The notes beneath the pieces were generated by a model, which was not told the DNA's origin, searched no databases, and saw only the letters and a list, made by a program, of their open reading frames with translations. 64,000 nucleotides of DNA, from contig NC_042999.1 of the NCBI RefSeq assembly GCF_006345805.1, positions 63,054,001 to 63,118,000 of the forward strand, in the 5' to 3' direction. The position numbers and the translations under genes are program-made. Source of the DNA: Octopus sinensis (taxonomy: Eukaryota). Of this stretch, positions 37,044-51,638 are shown piece after piece (within the stretch, counting starts at the first letter, position 1; every line of letters starts with the position of its first letter).

Positions 37044-37353
37044 TACATAAAGCATTTCTGGAATGACATGACGCTTGGAGAAAAGCTGAATATATTCTTT
37101 TAATAGGAGATGAATGTTAGACATTGTTTCATTCCACATTTCATTCCACTCTGGTTAGCAAGAAAGATGACAAACGGTCATAGTGTGCAGATTTCATCAC
37201 CTGTATACAACTTTAAAGATAGCAAATATGTGAGATATTCATTATGTAAAGCTGAAGAAAACAATGATACAAAAATAAAGAAGTAACATTCTTCAGAGAA
37301 TTAAAACAAAGTGTATGGTGAATGCTTCAATGTTAGGACTTAACCTCGTGGAT

Positions 37354-37800
37354 CATCATCATCATCATCATCATCATCATTTAATGTCCACTTTCCATGC
37401 TAGCATGGGTTTGACGATTTGACTGAGGTCTGGTGAACCAGACTCCAATCTAATCTGGCAGAGTTTCTACAGCTGGATGCCCTTCCTAATGCCAACCACT
37501 CCGAGAGTGTAGTGGGTGCTTTTACATGCCACCGGCATGAGGGCCAGTTTGGTGGTACTGGCAACAGCCACGCCCAAATGGTGCTTTTTACGTGCCACCT
37601 GCACAGGAATCATTCCAGTGGCATTGGCGATGACCTCGCTCGAATGTTTCACGTGCCACCAGCACAAGTGCTAGCAAGGTGACATGGTAACGATCATGCT
37701 CGAATGGTGTGTTTAACGTGCCATTGTCATGAAGGCCACCTTGTTGCTCTGGCAACGATCTCACTTTTATGGTATTCTTAGCACTCCACTAGCAACAGAT
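37354..37800 (-). mobile_element. Repeat family B, long form with tandem subunits
   Basis: (CAT)n start and repeated ttttacgtgccacc subunits. Confidence 0.8.
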
Positions 37801-38623
37801 GCCAGTCACCGAGTTTGATTTCGACTTCGATGTGTATGCTTATCAAAACCTGGATTCATAAGACACCAGCAGAGCTATAATTGTAAAGTATATATTTCTG
37901 AGTGCCCAATTTTCTTAATGGTCAGCAATAGTGTTCTGCAGTCATGAGTGGAAAGCCATCACATGAGTGTGTGTGTGTATATGCATGGAAGCACGTGATG
38001 ATGTGATGCATATCTTCCAGCAGTGTTTATGCTGATGTACTCATAACGCATCATGAAAGTACACATTAGATGGTAGTATAAGTATAAAGGTAGTATAAAC
38101 ATAAATATCATATAGATACAGAAGTGGGTGATACTAAAAACAATGGTTCCTATCAAACAAACTAAACAAGGTGAAGAAAAAAAAAAATCAGGTGATAATT
38201 TATAGGTAATAAAAGAAATTATGTAAGAGCTAAAAAAATAAAACAAACAAGTACAGGGATAAAAAAAAAAGCAATGTAAAGATAAATAAAAAAAAATCAG
38301 AGTTGGAATGAAACAAAGAAACATAGGAGGAATGATATGTCTGTTGAAAGATTCCAGTTATTTCAGCTAGGAGTTAGTTGTATGGCAAAACTGTAGACAG
38401 AACTTTTTTTCTTTCTCTTTGTTTTTTTTTCCCCCTTTCTAACTGTAGTGCCAGATTGCTATCTCTGACAAAAAATAAAAAGGAAAAAAAAAATGTAAAG
38501 AAAGATGCAGTTTATGAGTGAATAATATTTACTGGAGGGTTGAATAATACTTTTCTTTCTTTCTGTCTGTCTTTCCTACAAGTGTGTGTGTGCATATATA
38601 TATACATACACACACACACACAC

Positions 38624-38709
<86 letters not shown>

Positions 38710-39373
38710 GCATATATACACACACACACAGGTACATACACACATAATTGTTATGATTCTAATGTCTGTTCTTCGATGCTTGCATAGTTCAGACAGGATC
38801 CATTGAAGCAGATTTTCTATGGCTGGATGCCCTTCCTGTCACCAACCCTCACCTGTTTCCAAGTGAGGTAATATTTTCCCTTGGCTGGACACGTTTTTGC
38901 AAATGATTGGAAATTAATGAAACTGTTAGTATAGTGAAGAACTTTGTTTAACACTATTATGCAATGCCAAGATAAGGAGACACTTGCACACAGGCAATGG
39001 GCTTCTTTAAGTTTCCACTAACCAAATCCTCTCATAATGCTCTGGTTGGCCTAGCGCCATAGTATCAGACATTTGCCCACGGTGCCATACAGTGGAATTG
39101 AACCTGAAGTCACATGGTTACAAAGCAAGCTTCTTAACTACACAGTCTGCCTTTATATATGGTTCAAAATTGTACAAAAATAAAAGAAGAGAAACAGAGA
39201 TAGGTGAGGGAACAACAGACAAGGTGTATTAGAATTTGATGCTCAGGAAAAATGAAAGAGTCTCTGTATATTCATATATATATAAGCAAGAAAAAACAAC
39301 AACATCCAAACATGGAAATTTCCAGAATGCATTGTTTGAAAGAAGCTTAAGAGTTTACTATGAAGGAAGAGAT

Positions 39374-39908
39374 CATCATCATCATTATCATCATTTAACA
39401 TCCGCTTTCCATGCTAGCATGGGTTGGACGAATGACTGAGGGCTGGCAAACCAGATGGCTGCAGCAGGCTTCAATCTTGATCTGGCAGAGTTTCTACAGC
39501 TGGATGCCCTTTCTAACGCCAACCACTCTGAGAGTGTAGTGAGTGCTTTTACGTGCCACCAGCACGGGACCAGTCAGGCGGTACTGGCAATGACCTCGCT
39601 TGAATCTTTTTACACATGCCACCGGCACAGGTGCCAGTAAGGCGATGCTGGTAACGATCACGCTTGAATGGTGTCTTTTACGTGCCACCGGCATGGAGGC
39701 CAGATAGCTGCTCTGGCAACGATCACACTCGGATGGTGTTGCCAGTACCGCCTGACTGGCCCCCATGCTGGTGGCACGTAAAAAGCACCCACTACACTCT
39801 TGGAGTGGTTGGCATTAGGAAGGGCATCCAGCTGTAGAAACTCTGTCAAATCAAGATTGGAGCCTGGTGCAGCCATCTGGTTCGCCAGCCCTCAGTCAAA
39901 ATCGTCCA
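39374..39908. mobile_element. Two family B copies fused head-to-head
   Basis: 39421-39590 is the reverse complement of about 39739-39908. Confidence 0.82.
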
Positions 39909-40770
39909 GTTGGGACTGAATCCAAAACCATGTGGTTGAAAAACCAAACTTCTCCTCCATTCGGCCATGTTGGTATCCTTTCTATACACACACCCATAGA
40001 TGAGATAACACGAGACCCAGATATGCAGAGTGATGCTGTATTTTAAATCTATCTAATCCATGTCAGTAGGGGAAAAGCCTTCCATTAAACTGCTAATGAT
40101 AACAAAGATGAGGATGCTGGAAAGGACAATTTGTAGCTTTGCTTATATTTATCCATAACTGTTACTGTTAAAGATAAGACTTTCTTCTGAGAGGCAAAAA
40201 AAAGAAAAAAGTTATATTATCATTGAATCTTAATATTATATGATGTTTGTAGCATAATGTTTCTTAGATAAATGCAAGGTTATTTAGTAATCATGTTTGT
40301 GTTACTGTTTTACCTTATTGGAAAAAAAACAAAACAAAAAACAACCTAATTCTTTTGCTAGTGGAATTCTGTTTTAAGAATCCTATATAACCCCTCATAA
40401 CTTTTTTATTTTATTTTTGGGAATTTTCAGAAAACTTTTGTGTATTTGTGTTCTACATACAGAAATTCATATGGTTATGAAAAAAGAAATTTAAAAAAAA
40501 ATTTTCAAATTTAAAAAAAAAAAAGTTTAAAATATGGACCATTAAATGTGCTTATGGAAAGATATTGAAAAACATCAATACATCAGAGTGACAAAGAAAC
40601 AACAACTAAATAGCCCTTAAATCACAAATACTTTTTTCCCCCTTTTTTCTTTGTTTTTGCATAATTGTATGAATTCCTGTGTAAAACATATTTGTAAAAA
40701 TTTTCTGAAAATTCCCCCCAAATGAGTGGTTTATATGGGGTGATTAAAGCAGTATTCCACCTTTTTGCAT

Positions 40771-41181
40771 ACTCTCTTTCTCTTTTACTTGTTTCAGTCA
40801 TTTGACTGTGGCCATGTTGGCGCACCGCCTTTAGTCGAGCAAACTGACCCCAGGACTTATTCTTTGTAAGCCTAGCACTTATTCTATCGGTCTCTTTTGC
40901 TGAACCGCTAAGTTACGGGGTACGTAAAAACACCAGCATCGGTTGTCAAGCGATGTTGGGGGAGGGGGGGGGCAAACACAGACACACAAACATACACACA
41001 CACACACATATATATATATATGACAGGCTTCTTTCAGTTTCCGTCTACCAAATCTATTCACAAGGCTTTGGTTGGCCCGAGGCTATAGTAGAAGACACTT
41101 GCCCAAGGTGCCACGCAGTGGGACTGAGCCCGGAACCATGTGGTTTGTAAGCAAGCTACTTACCATACAGCCACTCCTACA
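40771..41181 (-). mobile_element. SINE family A
   Basis: Full-length match to the family. Confidence 0.88.
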
Positions 41182-41981
41182 TACGATAACGTATGGCATC
41201 TACATATCAGTTGCTTAATAGTAGCCACAAATCATCAAAGTAGGATTTGTTGAGATTGAGGAAAAAAAAAATCAACCATTTGATATACAGAAATTAATAA
41301 AACATGCCCCAGACTGAAATAAGCAATACAGGGGTTTGCTATGATTGACTAGAAAAACCCTGAAGGCAGCTCCCCAAGAATTCCCCAAATCAATGAAAGA
41401 AGATTTGGTTGGCTGTCAATGACAGCTCTCTTCTGTTCAGTCAGTTTTTAAAATTTTATAAAACCTAATGAGCTTTCATTTTTTTTTTTTTATTCTACCA
41501 TCAAGTTCCATCTTGCTACCGAAAATTTCAAAGTATACAATAATCTCAACTTGGGCTTTTTATTTAGGGATATTTCTAAATACAGTTTAAAAACAACATT
41601 TTATTATTATATTTTTGTACTTGGTTTGCAAGTAGACTTGTTTGTTGAAATAGATATTGTTGTATCCCTGGAGAGTTACAAATGCCAACAATGTTCACTC
41701 GTTCTGTTTCACTGCTTTTGTTATTATTAGTTAACTATTTAATCATTTAACCAATTAACCGATCAATTATTTAATTAATCATTCAGGAGACCCAAAGGAG
41801 ACCCGAAGTAGAGAAGGTAGATCACTGATGAGGTTGCAAATAGTGACAAAAGGACTCTGGACAAACCAAGCTTATTGATTGACTAAGCAATCAATTAGCT
41901 AATTGGTTAAACAATTAACTAGTTGATGAATAATAAATGAGGTAAATAGAACCACTGTGTGTGTGTGTGTGTGTGTGTGTG

Positions 41982-42022
<41 letters not shown>

Positions 42023-42699
42023 TATTACTGGCATGATGACTCCCTCAAGACAACATTTTATTACTGCAAGCATTGTTTTTAATCTCTTTGGTGATATCAC
42101 ATTGATTTCTAAAGTCTACTGTAAGAAATTCATTCAAACTTAAATTAGAAATAGATGGGAGAAAGAAAGTGAGACATTGTAGAGACATTTTATGCATTTT
42201 ACCAGAGTCATTATTGATGTAAATGGTAAGTACAGTAATTTTTAATTCAAAGTAGAACAACTATATTTCTTAATTGAACCTACTAGCTGTGATGAATTTA
42301 CTCTGAAAATCCTTGCAATCATCAGAAGACATGCAGCCAACCATTTTACCCACATGTTAATGTGGGAATAATTCATATAAGAGACACAGAGCAGAATTAT
42401 TCTGTTGTGATTTCAAAACCGTTTTATTAATATGAATGTATCTCAATGCGTTGTTCACAAGACTTTAGCCAACTCTTTCATTGTCATGGGTCTACTAGCT
42501 AGCAGCTGCTTTCAACTGTCATACCTCCATGGCTGGTTGTTCGAAGAATGATTTTTAAATAAATAATTAGTTGCTAGTGATTTGGAAGTAAAAATATAAT
42601 AACTAGTTTTATTTACCACCTCTTCATATTTTGTTAAAGAAATAACAATGAGGTATTAAGCGCATCAGAAAGGATTAAAAAAGAAAATTGGCTGATTAT

Positions 42700-43180
42700 T
42701 TGGAATCACATCAGATAGATATAACTAAACACCACATGGAATTTTGCCCAATGCTCTGCTGAGTTTCCACTAGAAGATGTAGTCCTTGGTGAAGAATGGT
42801 GGCTTGTGTACCTTAGCAACATTGAGAGCTATGTCACTGGAGCATAAGCTCCTGATAAGGCCTTCCATGCTGAACAGTTCAAAGGACAGAGGCCAGACTA
42901 ATATGAACCACCTCTTCTTAATGGTAAAAATGAGTTTGTATAGGGCCAACTACCCTACAAAGGATAAGAAAAGATGCAGAAGCATCAAGAACAACTCAAA
43001 ACCAACAAGACCTAGGAGAAGGCCTTTTCTTTAGGGAAACATCTGGCATGGTGCAACAAAACAGGAAGAGCTGAAAAAGGAAACATCTAACTGGAAACAA
43101 GCAGAAAAGACAACTTAGAGCCGAGAACAGTGGAGAAAAGTCATCAATGGTGTATGCTTCATAAAAAGTAAATCACATAA
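42700..43180 (+). mobile_element. Degenerate RTE-type LINE 3' remnant
   Basis: Fragments RPRRRP...NWKQAEKTT*SREQWRKVINGVCF resemble RTE ORF2 C-termini. Confidence 0.5.
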
Positions 43181-44295
43181 GTCTATTGAGTTTACTAATG
43201 ATAGTAATAGTAGTAGTTGTAGAAGTTTCTAATGTAAGTGCAATGCCAGCAATTTGGAGAGAGAAGTGAGATGATTAAATTCACCCTTGTATTTAACTGG
43301 TGCTTTATTTTATCAACCATGGAAGGATTTGAACTCAAATCAAAAAGCCTAAACAAAAACCACAAAACATTTCTATATTTCTGAGATTTTATATTATGTA
43401 TTAGTCAGAGTGGTGTTTGACTATAATATACAATAAAAACCATAAGGTATTTTAGCCGACATTCTAACAGTTCAACAAAGCCAAATAACATCATGATAAT
43501 AATAATAACAATAATAATAATAATTCTTTTATTTGCCATAAGGATGCCAAGTGAGGGCACATTAAAAGGACAAATTACAAATAACAATGAAGGTTTATGC
43601 AGGGTTGATTGTGAATAGATTACATAACAAACTTTTATGAGTTTATGCTTACAGCAGTCTCAAGAAAGAAAGAAAAAGAACCACGTTTTCATGATGTGTC
43701 TTTTTATAGCCTTATAACTTAATGGTTCATCAAATATCAATTAAAACCCTTGAAAGCACCACTTAGAATGGTTACAATCCAATGACTGAAACCACCAAAA
43801 ATAGTAACACACACATACGCACATAATAATAATAAATATTAGTCATGTAGCATACAATCAATCACACATGTGTGTAAAGCCTCAAAATTTCTAAAACTGC
43901 AGCTACCTCCTACACGCACACAAACAAACAAAAACAATTTTAAAGCAGTAACATTTATTGTATGTAAATGGTCTGGGGTTTTTCCTTATTTATTTATTAT
44001 CCAATTTCAAGATGTTATCTAAATATATAGACATATTTGGAGTGTTTTGTAAAACAAGTGTCATTAATGGCTATCAAATGTCTACTAGAAAGATGAGAGG
44101 GTAATTAAAGAAACTTATTTGAAATAAACTAAAAGACTGCACCAAAAATAATAAACAGCAAAAATGCTGCATGAATTGTGAGATTCCAAGGCAGAACTTG
44201 TCCGACAGTGTCTGTCTCTCCTCGCATTCAGATGTAGTCACTGTTATTTCAACTCACTACATAAATTTATAGCCTGAAAACAATTGAAATTGATA

Positions 44296-44510
44296 TTAAC
44301 CTTTTAGCATTTAAACCAGCCATATCCTGCTCAAGTATGCTACTTGTTTTATGCTTTTAACCAGCCAGATCCAATCTATCGTACCTACTTTTCAATGCCA
44401 TTATAAAATATACAATCACATTATCAAAATTTTGAAGCTACAAAATAATGCCTGATTTGAATGAAAAAGTATTACATTTGGCAGAATAATCTGAATGCTA
44501 AAAAGGCTTA
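44296..44510. mobile_element. piggyBac-type MITE family 2, diverged
   Basis: TTAACCTTTTAGCATTTAAA start and AATGCTAAAAAGG end; body similar to the 33314 copy. Confidence 0.65.
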
Positions 44511-44567
44511 GACCTTGTGTTGTAGTTTTTGTCAGGTTTTGTTCCAATAAAACTAGCAGGTAAGATT

Positions 44568-44942
44568 ACTCTCTCTTTTACTTGTTTCAGTCATTTGACT
44601 GCAGCCATGCTGGAGCACTGCCTTTATAGTCAAGCAAATCAACCCCAGGACTTATTCTTTGTAAGCCTAGTACTTATTCTATCAGTCTCTTTTGCCGAAC
44701 CGTTAAGTTACTGGGACATAAACACACCAGCATTGGTTGTCAAGCAATGTTGGGGTGACAAACACAAACACATATATACGATGGGCTTCTTTCAGTTCCC
44801 GTCTACCAAATCCACTGATAAGGCTTTGGTCGGCCCGAAGCTATAGTAGAAGACACTTGCCCAAGGTGCCATGCAGTGGGACTGAACCTGGGACCACATG
44901 GTTGGTAAGCAAGCTACTTACCACACAACCACTCCTGTGCCT
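44568..44942 (-). mobile_element. SINE family A
   Basis: Full-length match to the family. Confidence 0.88.
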
Positions 44943-45981
44943 AAGGTGGAGAAAGTCAGGAAAAAGAAATGGAGATGTGCTAGTTGTTAAGGGCTCTCTA
45001 CCATGTTTGAGCAATAACTGCAGGGTGGATGTCAAAGAATGAAAGCGAAAGCATTAGGAAGACGAATAGCTGGAAATATAGTTTAGCTCCTAAAATTGAA
45101 GACATTCCAGCCATAACCATTTCATCTTTTACTCAGACATACTGTATTTATATGTTGCATTAGTTAATATTGCTCTCTTTTTTTTTTAAATTGGAGGATG
45201 TGATCTGTAGCTGCTATTTCTTGCAGGCTAAACAGATGTAGAGTCTCTCTAGTTGACTTATAGAATAGAAGGAGATGCTATTGATGGAGAGGGGAAAACA
45301 ATTACTTCAGTGTTAGTGTTTAAAGTAAACAGTCTAAAGTAACATTTCAGTTGATTTTCTGGCATTTTTTTCTTTATACAAGAAAAGGAAGAATAAAGTT
45401 TGCTGCACTAAGAAATAGAGCAGCATGACTCATCACTAACTCTCATGGTAAACCTTACTCTGTACAAGCAGCTGGGTGACTTGGTTAGGGTGCCAGCCTA
45501 ACTTGTATCCTGTCTCAGGTGCTGCACAGTCCACCTAACAGTAAACTATTACTAAACATATAAGTTCTCAACTGTAAATAGCACAGACATTGTGTAACTG
45601 GTATATAACTTACAATATTGTGCTTATGACTTTCCAAAAGCAAATACCCTTCTAAACAGTACTTTCAATGGCCCAGCATAACCCTTTTAGTAGTAAAAAC
45701 AGCAAGGTGGTAAAGTATAACTGTATCGTTGGTAGTTGTGTGTATGTGAGCTACTGATCTTATATGTTCTACTTTGTCATTGAGGTTGACCTTCTGCAAG
45801 TCATCTATTAACTTGCAGATGCTAAGACTTACAACCAGGGCTCAGAGGAAATGGTAAACTGACAAGGCCTGGTACAAATCAAAATTGCCAGTACACTCTA
45901 CATCACATATAGAACCACTTTGTGAATGATGATGATGAAAATAATTTGAACCAGAAGTATTCAAACATAAAAAAAGGAACA

Positions 45982-46207
45982 TTAACCCATTCGTTACTGT
46001 ATTTATTTTGAGATGCTCTGTGTTTCTTTCAATTAATTTTAAATACAACAAAGAATTTAGTAAAATAACTTAGTTATCATTCAGCTAGTGTTAGGAACAT
46101 AAATTGTGACTAAGGTTTGGTGGAAGATTTTAATTTGATACTTATGAAAACAAGACATTGGCACTACAGAGTTAGAGGCGGTTACAGCCGGGTTGGTATC
46201 AAAAGGG
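45982..46207. mobile_element. piggyBac-type MITE family 1
   Basis: TTAA|CCCATTCGTTAC ... GTATCAAAAGGG; colinear with 996-1205. Confidence 0.65.
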
Positions 46208-46730
46208 ACAAGCTGTTAAAATGCTACTAAACAGCCCTCATGAATCATATGAAATGTTTTGTCTATAGTGTAGTTAGCTTGGACAAAAAGTGATTAAGAA
46301 CCAATTAAGCAAAAATCTATGCAGGACAGAAAGGATGATGATAATGATGAAGATAATTAAGAGGATTATTTAGATAAAATTTAATAGCAGTTTTATAGAT
46401 TCAATCACTTAATTAAATATTTTTGTTCTGACCAACAAACTCAGCAGGTAAGACGCATCCAAATGTTTGATTCAGAATATTACTGTTATTTTCATCATCA
46501 ATAATACCAACCATTTCTTGTAACATAAATAAATTGTTAGAGCAACTTTTAGAGGCTTTCTAGTTGCTAATCACTTCACCAATTATTTAGAATAGCACTT
46601 ATTTTTTAAAATCAGCACACTGAAGCAATTAAGGCAATGTGTCATTCAACATTACGACAGGGCAACTGTACTACGGTTTGCACCTATTACCATGTGGTCA
46701 ATAGTGCATGCTTTTAACTCTTTTGTTACC

Positions 46731-47072
46731 CTTTTACTTGTTTCAGTCATTTGACTGTGGCCATGTTTGAGCACCGCCTTTAGTCAAGCAAATCGACCCC
46801 AGGACTTATTCTTCATAAGCCTAGTACTTATTCTTTCGTTCTCTTTTGCTGAACCGCTAAGTTACGGGGACGTAAACACAGACACACAAACATATATATG
46901 CATACATACAACGGGCTTCTTTCAGTTTCCGCCTACCAAATCCACTGACAAGGCTTTGGTTGGCCCGAGGCTATAGTAGAAGGCACTTGCCCAATGTGCT
47001 ACGCAGTGGGAATGAACCCAGAACCATGTGGTTCATAAGCAAGCTACTTACCTCACAGCCACTCCTACACCT
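46731..47072 (-). mobile_element. SINE family A
   Basis: Near full-length match to the family. Confidence 0.85.
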
Positions 47073-47440
47073 TATTTCTGTTGAAATACCTGGTTTTAGT
47101 TTCCATTAATTTTGAAAATAATGAAGTATTTAGTAAAATAACTTTTCAGCTAGTATTTAGGAAATAAATTAATGTAAAATTTTGATGGAAATTTTTTATT
47201 TAAATTACATAAGTTTATATCATATACCCAGGGATGATCTCAGGCAGGTTGTTATCAAAAGGGTTAAACCCCACTAATACTGTGACCCAAGTACTGAGTG
47301 CTTCACAACAAAGTGTTCCAAGCCTAGATTAAGTTTGGTTGAAACTAGTTGATTTATATCAGTAGTTCTTACTCTATTTTGCAAATGAGTACCTCTTTTC
47401 ATTGACTGTCATTTTAGAAATGGCTCCCACTCATATTTAA

Positions 47441-47660
47441 CCCTTTAGCATCCGGATTTCTCTGTCAAAGGTAATGCTTATTTATTCACATTGATTTGAA
47501 TTTGTCATGTATTACCTTGTAGCTTTGAGATTTCAATGATGTGATTGTTTAGTTTTAGAATAATATTGCTGGGTGAGTGTGAGAAGCCAGATCTGGCTGG
47601 CTTGAAGATAAAACAGGTTGATTATCTTGGCCAGACATGACTTGTTTAAATGGTAATGGG
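47441..47660. mobile_element. piggyBac-type MITE family 2, opposite orientation
   Basis: TTAA|CCCTTTAGCAT ... AATGGG|TTAA; interior is the reverse complement of the 33314 copy. Confidence 0.75.
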
Positions 47661-50600
47661 TTAAAAACAAAACCAAAAAGCAAATTTTGTGCAATGGTTT
47701 ATCATCTATATTTTCTTATACTATCCCATCAGGCATGAGTCTTTCTTTCTTCTAGATATTTGCATGGATTAGAACCTCCAATATTAGATTTTTAAGGGAA
47801 TTACTGAAGAAGGCAAGAATTTATATAATGACACATTATCAGTTACCTTTCTGCTCAATGCTAACATAATGTTCTACTAATATTTTAATCCAAGAAAGAT
47901 TTTTTGAAAAATGTGTTTAAAATATAAGTAATGTAAAAAGTTGAAATGCTTTACTTCTAAGAAAAATCACGACTTCCTCTAAACACTTACCTTCCCCCAT
48001 CAGAAGCTCTTGGCATTTTCTGCCCCTTGTAAATTCACAATGCACCCAAAGGAGACACTATCATCTAGGTTAAAAAGCCATGTTTTGAATGTTGAACAAG
48101 TCTTCTTTTAGTACTTAAGAAATTAATGAGAACTATCAGGGAAAAGAGTTGGAAGCTACTGTAATTAGTTAAATATCTTTACAGAATGTTGCTGTATTGA
48201 TAGGTCATAAAAGTGATGATTATTAATATTTTATTGTGATGGTTAGCACAAAGATTTTTCAGGTGGTGGTAGTGATAGGAGTTAATATTGGAGTAGGTAG
48301 CTTGTTTCTATACTCAGACACTACACATGAATAAGAAACGCCAAGGACCAATATTTGAGCCAATAAGGATATAACAAGCAATGCAAATATTTTCTTCTTG
48401 GATAATATAACAAAAATTCCAAAGAATAGAGGATAAACAATGGCAAAATTGATAAATGAATTTATCACACGAAAAAGTTTAATTGACATTTTTGGAATAT
48501 TTAAGAGAGAAGTGATAGACAAGCAAAGGGACACAGTAGGAGAAAGGGAAACATAGTAATTATGACAAAACAATGTTTCTAACTTATGTAATTTCAACAA
48601 TGTTAATAATTCGGTTAAAACAAACATTCCAAAAAACAAAAACAAAGTAAAAGATAGAGAGAATTCTTCTAAGAGGCATTTCTACAAATATCTGATAATT
48701 ATCAAATAAAAAACAAAGAATTCTAATTCCAAAAATAAAATAAAAACGAAACATTCACACCATTTTTGTTGCACTTGTTTTTATTTTTGCAAAGCTAAAA
48801 CATAACAGCTAAAACATACATAGAGCGTGCATGCACACACACAAATGTGCACGCACAGGTGTACATGCACGCGAGCATACACACATATAGTATTAATTAA
48901 AGCACTGTCTGCCATAGAAACTAGTTCTTTCACATCTTCCATCAACTTTGATAACAATCAAGAATGTGCATTATTCCTTCGCTAAAAAATTCTATGAACT
49001 TCTGAAACAACAACAGCAATTTCATTTACAAATATTTTGCATCCTTCGCTTACTTATGGCAGGAGATAAGAAATCTCACATCTCTTAATATTACTACCCC
49101 ACTTACCCACCCACTCTCCACAGCACACAAAGACAAGAATTGGGTAATATGGTTCTGTTTATTTTTTCTATTTCTGTGTAAAACACATCTGTCAATCTTG
49201 TCCAGTATATCACTATGCCTATAATTGAAAACAATAATTGGCTCCTAATTTGCCATAAATGCAAGAAATGAGAGCCATTACAAGTTGCAATAGAACTTTT
49301 TTTCATTGAGTTAATAATGAAAAATTCCGAACCACATGATTCTGGGTTCAGTCCCACTCATGGCACCTTGGGAAAGTATTTTCTATGATATAGCTCCAGG
49401 CTGATCAAATCCTTGAGTGGATTTCGTAGACAGAAACTGAAAGAAGCCTGTCATAATGCTAGTGCATGCATATACAGCTGCGTGCGTGCACACATACACG
49501 CGAGTACTGTCCAAATCTCTGACCAATCACATACAGCTAGCTGGCATTCAATTGGCGTATCAAGTTTCGGGCATTTTGATTGGGTTTTGGATAGAAAATT
49601 CACAAAAAAGTCACTTCTATTGATTTTTTTAATGGCTTTGCGGGGTGACTGGGGAAATATAAAGATGTGCACGACCACCCTTGGATGGTTTTGAATGACC
49701 ATAGAAAGTGCGAGCCCTCTAACTGAAAAATTATGGATTTGTATAAAGGACATACACACAGACAGACATTTTGCCGTTTATACATATATAGAGATACATG
49801 TGCATGTGTAACACTAGTATAATGACAGCTACTTTGTTTTACCAACTCTGGCAAGAAGCTGACATTGGTGTGGTTTGAACATGGAGCATAAGAGTGTAAT
49901 CAAATAGCACAATACATTTTGTTGGATGCTCTAATGATTCTGTCATTCCACCATCGTAAAATTGTGTTATTGATAATGATTTCAAATTTTGGCCCAAGAC
50001 AAGCAATTTTTTAAGGGGTAGAAGGTTAATTGATTACATCAATCTTAGTTGAATGGACAAAAGGCTAAGTTGACTTTGGTGGAATTTGAATTGAGAATGC
50101 AAAGAATTGGAAGAAATGTCTCTAAGTGTTTTGTCCAATGCTCTAGCCAGTCTGCCAGCTTGCCACCTTATTGTTTCAAATTCTGGCACAAGGCCAGCAA
50201 TTTTAAGGGGTTGGTAATTGATTACATCAACCTCAGTACTTGACTGGTATTTTATTGACTCTGAAGGGATGAAAGGCAGTATTTGAACTCAGAATGTAAA
50301 GAGCTGGAATAAATACTGCAAAATGTATTGTTTGGCACTGAAATGGTTAGTCAATCAATCAATAATTTCTGACAGAGGCACAAAGCTGTAATTCCTTTTC
50401 TTCCTCAGTTAGTCATTTACATCATTGTCAGCCTTTCCCTGACTGATACGTGTTTCATTGGCTTGCAAAATGAGAGGCAAAGTAAATCTCAGTAGGTTGG
50501 AACTCACAACATAAAGAGCCCGCAAGACATTTTGTGCCACACTCTACAGACAGAACCAATCTACTACTAATGATGATGATGATAATGACAAATTTATTAT

Positions 50601-50701
50601 TTGTCACAAGGATAACACAAAATCAAAACATTTAAAATGATTTCAAGCCTTGTTGACAGAAGGCCACAGATTTGTAGAGAAATTTTAGTAGTGTATATAT
50701 A

Positions 50702-51075
50702 TAGGTCATCCCATAAATAATGCATTTTTTTTTTAAAATCTGAAATATACTCTCCTTCATTTATCTGGTAGACTTGCAAAGCCCCTCTTCCAAAATTCAC
50801 TTGTCCGTGATGAAAAATACTCCTCCAGTACTATTCTGACCTCGTCTACAGAATTCATATTTTTTCCATCCAAATGATTTTGAAGATAGCGGAATAAATG
50901 ATAATCAGAATGAGTAATGTCTGGCAAATATGGTGAGTGGGACATCATTTCCCATTCAAACTGTTCCAGCCATTGGAATGTTATCCTTGCTGTGACTGAG
51001 CAAAGTCCTGATGGAAGAACACCTTTCATTTTCAAACTAAAGATGGTTGTTTTTCTTCTAGCGCAGACTTAAGAT
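50702..51075 (-). pseudogene. Mariner transposase remnant, C-terminal part with terminal repeat
   Basis: HSPYLPDITHSDYHLFRYLQNHL corresponds to the HPPYSPDLAPSDYHLF motif; FWKRGFASLPDK C-terminus; probable TIR TAGGTCATCCCATAAATAATG next to a TA run. Confidence 0.85.
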
Positions 51076-51286
51076 CTCCTTTGTTATTGTTTGGTTTGGG
51101 TTTAAAAGTTCAAAATGGTTTACACCTTTCTTATCCCACCAAACAGATAACACCTGATGTGGGTGAAGACCTTCTTTCGCCTGGGGTGCTGGTGTTTCTC
51201 CTTTCCCTTCCCACTGTCTTCAGGGCCTGACATTTTTATAGAGAACCCATTTCTCATCACCAGTCACCATTTGGTCCAAAAAAAAA

Positions 51287-51638
51287 AGTAGCTTGCTTAC
51301 CAACCACATGGTTCCGGGTTCAGTCCCACTACGTGGCACCTTGGGCAAGTGTCTTCTACTAGAGCCTTGGGCCAACCAAAGCCTTGTGAGTGGATTTGGT
51401 AGACGGAAACTGAAAGAAACCCGTCATATATATGTATATGTATGTGTGTCTGTGTTTCTCCCCTCAACATTGCTTGACAACTAATGGTGGTGTGTTTATG
51501 TCCCCGTAACTTAGCGGTTTGGCAAAAGAGACCGATAGAATAAGTACTAGGCTTACAAAGAATAAGTCCTGGGGTCGATTTGCTTGACTAAAGGCGGTGC
51601 TCCAGCATGGCTGCAGTCAAATGACTGAAACAAGTAAA
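51287..51638 (+). mobile_element. SINE family A
   Basis: Near full-length match to the family. Confidence 0.88.

Noticed and set aside
37560-37760. Regularly repeated ttttacgtgccacc units resembling a CRISPR array
   Set aside because: Degenerate internal subunits of repeat family B in a eukaryotic genome; the spacers are related to each other and there are no cas genes.
48259-48645. 128-aa hydrophobic minus-strand ORF
   Set aside because: Hydrophobicity reflects T-rich composition; no motif and no splice support.
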